Positions 34,558 through 37,261 of a stretch of DNA of 37,261 nt are shown here, piece after piece. Position 1 is the stretch's first letter. Each line of letters starts with the position of its first letter. Source of the stretch: Clostridiales bacterium (GTDB lineage Bacteria > Bacillota > Peptococcia > DRI-13 > UBA5745); assembly GCA_009777025.1 (NCBI GenBank), contig WRMS01000002.1, positions 1 to 37,261 of the forward strand. The letters are read 5' to 3'. The notes beneath the pieces were generated by a model, which saw only the letters and a list, made by a program, of their open reading frames with translations, searched no databases and was not told where the DNA came from. The position numbers and the translations under genes are program-made.

Positions 34558-35769
34558 TTATGCCTGGTTTTTCACAAAGTCTTCTTCAATCTGCATAACT
34601 TTTTTTCTCGTGAGGAAGAGGAGCAGGATGGCCATAAATAAAGGGATTGTCATAATGCGCCACATGCTGACATAGCCGAAGGATTGGGCTAAGGTTCCGG
34701 CAAGCATAGGACCAATCATAGAACCGATGTCCATCCCGATAAAGTTTGTGCTGCTGGCGGCGCCCCGCCTCTCTTTCGGAACCGATTTCATGCTTAGGGC
34801 CTGGAAGGCCGGTTGGCAGGCGCCCAATCCGAAGGCGCCGATAAAGGAAGCAAGGAAGAAGCTCCAGAGGGCGCTGGAGTTGCTGATGATGATAAAGGCG
34901 ATAATATTGCTAAACAAAGCGGGTATACACACATAGACCAGACCGATTTTATCCGTCAGCCTTCCGATAAGCGGCCGGGTGATCAGCATGGTAAGCGCGC
35001 TAACGGTAAAGTAGAAACCAATGTAGGCAGTTACGCCCCGGCTGGCGGCGTACACGATCAGAAAGGAACCAGCTGAGCCGCCGGCAAGCAGAAAAAGCAA
35101 TATACATGAAGGTAACAGGCCTTCTTTCGCGATAATATTGTCAAACTTTAATACAAGCTTTTTACCTTGCTTAAAATCGAGCTTGATCTGAAAAGCAAGA
35201 AAAGCGGCGAGGAGCATGATGCCCGCGTTGATGGTGAAGGTCATGCCGAAGCCGGTCATCTCCACCAGCCAAAGGCCGATAGAAGGTCCGATTGCCGAGG
35301 AGATCACCTGTGCCAGGGAATAGTATCCGATTCCGCTGGAGTATTTATCCTTGGGGAGCATATCGGCAACCATAGCCAGGCAGCAGGCGTTGCCAAACGC
35401 CATGCCGCAGCCTTGCACCAGGCGGAAGGCGATCAGCATAGGGACGCTTTTGGATATGCTGAATCCCCAGAACGCAATCGCCAGCATGAGGGTGGAGAAA
35501 ACAACGATATATTTCCGGTTGTAGGTATCCATGACTGGCGCGGAGATAAAGCGAAAAGAAATGGAAGCCAGGGCGAACGTACTGATGACCAGGCCGATTT
35601 GGGTCTCTGTCGCGCCGAAGGAGTTCGCGTAGACCGCCAGCAGGGAATTGCTCATCAACTGCCCCATATTGAAAGCCATATTCGTGAAAAACAGAGTAAT
35701 AAAGGACAGGTTCCAAATCGACGTCGGCTCCTGCCGGGATATACTAAGGTCTTCCGGTTGACTATTCAT
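34558..35769 (-). CDS. MFS transporter (12-TM)
   Basis: It has about 12 hydrophobic segments and an MFS loop 2-3-like motif (PVMDTYNRKY). GGAGG lies 6 nt upstream of the ATG, 20 nt downstream of the leuS stop. Confidence 0.85.
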   Translation of the reverse strand: MNSQPEDLSISRQEPTSIWNLSFITLFFTNMAFNMGQLMSNSLLAVYANSFGATETQIGLVISTFALASISFRFISAPVMDTYNRKYIVVFSTLMLAIAFWGFSISKSVPMLIAFRLVQGCGMAFGNACCLAMVADMLPKDKYSSGIGYYSLAQVISSAIGPSIGLWLVEMTGFGMTFTINAGIMLLAAFLAFQIKLDFKQGKKLVLKFDNIIAKEGLLPSCILLFLLAGGSAGSFLIVYAASRGVTAYIGFYFTVSALTMLITRPLIGRLTDKIGLVYVCIPALFSNIIAFIIISNSSALWSFFLASFIGAFGLGACQPAFQALSMKSVPKERRGAASSTNFIGMDIGSMIGPMLAGTLAQSFGYVSMWRIMTIPLFMAILLLFLTRKKVMQIEEDFVKNQA

Positions 35770-35789
35770 GGGGCGCCTCCGTTGACTGC

Positions 35790-37261
35790 TTATTTTACCA
35801 CGATATTGACCAGCTTACCCGGTACGCTGATGATCTTGAGGACTTGCCTGCCGCCAATGGCTTCTTTCGCCCTGTCCATGGAGAGAATCGTTTCTTCGAC
35901 TTCGTCTTGCTCCATCAGGGAAGGCACTGTAAGCCGGCCTCTCAGTTTGCCGTTGACCTGAAAGACCACCTCGATTTCTTCGCGTACCAGGGCTTCCTCC
36001 TGCCAGACCGGCCAGGGTTCCCGGTGGACGCTGGTTTCATAGCCCATTTCTGTCCACAATTCCTCCGTTATATGAGGAGCAAAGGGCGCCGTCAGAAGGA
36101 TCAGGTTTTCCAGGCAGATCCGCATTACGGACGGCAGGATCTCCCCGCTATCTTTATACTGGTACAACGCATTGACCAGTTCCATAATCGCGCTGACCGC
36201 TGTGTTGAAATTGAAACGGTTTTCTATATCTTCCGTTACTTTCTTAATGGTTTTATGGAGCATGTACAGAATGTCGCGTTCCCTTTGCGGCAGTTCGCTT
36301 ACATTCCCGACGGGCGCCGCTTCCTTAAGCGCAGGGCAGTTCCGGAGAGTCAGGTATACGATACGCCAAAGCCTGTTGAGGAAACGGTAAGAGCCTTCCA
36401 CGCCCTGTTCGCTCCATTCCAGGTCCCTGTCCGGCGGCGCGGCAAACAGAACAAAGAGGCGGACAGTGTCGGCGCCGAATGTATTAATGATGTCTTCGGG
36501 GCTTACCGTATTGCCTTTGGATTTTGACATTTTAGAACCATCCATCAGCACCATGCCTTGGGTCAGCAGATTTTGAAAGGGTTCGTCACAGCTCACAAAT
36601 CCGAGATCGCGTAAGGCTTTCACAAAAAAGCGGGCATACATGAGGTGAAGGATGGCATGCTCCACGCCGCCGATGTATTGGTCTACGTTCATCCAGTAAT
36701 CGGTCTTCGCGCGTCCGAAAGCTTCCGCTTCGTTATGGGGATCGGCAAAACGCAGATAGTACCAGGAAGAGCATACGAAGGTGTCCATCGTATCGGTTTC
36801 CCGTCTGGCTTTGGCGTCGCATACGGGGCAGGTTGTTTCGTAGAAAGCCGGATAATGGTTTAACGGAGATTCCCCGGTCGGCCTGAACTCCACATCCAGG
36901 GGCAGCTTCACCGGAAGCTGATCCTCCGGGACAGGCTGAGGGCCACAATCGGGACAATAGACAATGGGAATCGGCGCGCCCCAGTATCGTTGCCGGGAAA
37001 TCAGCCAGTCCCGCAAACGGAAATTCACGCGATTTTCTGCCAGGCCCCTTTGTTCCAGCCAGTCCACAATCTGCTTTTTCCCTTCTTCGTTGGGTATGCC
37101 GTTGAACTGTCCTGAATTGTCCATGATCCCGTCGTCCACATAAGCGTTTTCCATTGTCGCTTCATGCAGATGGAGGCCCGGCGGCTGGATGACGACTTTG
37201 ATCGGAAGGCCATATTTCCGCGCAAAAACAAAGTCCCGCTCATCATGGGCAGGCACGCCCA
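35790..37261 (-). CDS. leuS: leucine--tRNA ligase, C-terminal about 490 aa (5-prime end outside the window)
   Basis: It has the KMSKS motif (GSKMSKSKGNTV), ..RDWLISRQRYWG.. and ..YIGGVEHAILHLMYARFF.. motifs. The frame is open to the right window edge. Confidence 0.95.
   Translation of the reverse strand, partial: GVPAHDERDFVFARKYGLPIKVVIQPPGLHLHEATMENAYVDDGIMDNSGQFNGIPNEEGKKQIVDWLEQRGLAENRVNFRLRDWLISRQRYWGAPIPIVYCPDCGPQPVPEDQLPVKLPLDVEFRPTGESPLNHYPAFYETTCPVCDAKARRETDTMDTFVCSSWYYLRFADPHNEAEAFGRAKTDYWMNVDQYIGGVEHAILHLMYARFFVKALRDLGFVSCDEPFQNLLTQGMVLMDGSKMSKSKGNTVSPEDIINTFGADTVRLFVLFAAPPDRDLEWSEQGVEGSYRFLNRLWRIVYLTLRNCPALKEAAPVGNVSELPQRERDILYMLHKTIKKVTEDIENRFNFNTAVSAIMELVNALYQYKDSGEILPSVMRICLENLILLTAPFAPHITEELWTEMGYETSVHREPWPVWQEEALVREEIEVVFQVNGKLRGRLTVPSLMEQDEVEETILSMDRAKEAIGGRQVLKIISVPGKLVNIVVK

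Overview
This is a 37.3 kb Firmicutes-type chromosomal window (Clostridia- or Negativicutes-like gene order), mostly GC-rich core genome on the plus strand. All calls come from reading the sequence and ORF track by eye and recognising motifs; no homology search was run.

Gene order, left to right:
- (1) A minus-strand RHS/YD-repeat ORF runs off the left edge and has no credible start. Just upstream of it on the minus strand are two clearly AT-rich orphan genes (777-1949).
- (2) A conserved block: radical-SAM (TIGR03960-like), DUF2344/TIGR03936-like, RNase G, rplU-prp-rpmA and obg.
- (3) A minus-strand DUF1858 gene, then DUF1015, a GNAT gene, a Fur-family regulator, an unusual P-loop/Asp23 fusion gene, a DnaD-like gene and a DnaI/DnaC-like loader.
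- (4) A complete dcw cluster: mraZ-rsmH-ftsL-PBP-murE-mraY-murD-ftsW-murG-murC-murB-ftsQ-ftsZ. It contains no murF and no ftsA.
- (5) A looser, accessory-looking tail: a GPH-family symporter, an aspartate kinase, a three-gene YqjD/YqjE/YqjK-like small membrane protein operon, then minus-strand MFS transporter and leuS (partial).

I saw no rRNA, tRNA, CRISPR array, transposase or recognisable defence genes.

The most interesting items:
- The RHS fragment and AT-rich insert at the left edge.
- A long-stem inverted-repeat (MITE/REP-like) element family bracketing the aspartate kinase gene, with flanking direct repeats.
- Three tandem 16-17 bp repeats abutting a consensus promoter.
- A GC-rich GAGTCGGG-type motif that recurs in sense orientation upstream of several unrelated genes.
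- The P-loop/Asp23 fusion protein.

I found no clear-cut novel multi-gene system. The candidates above are leads, not demonstrations.
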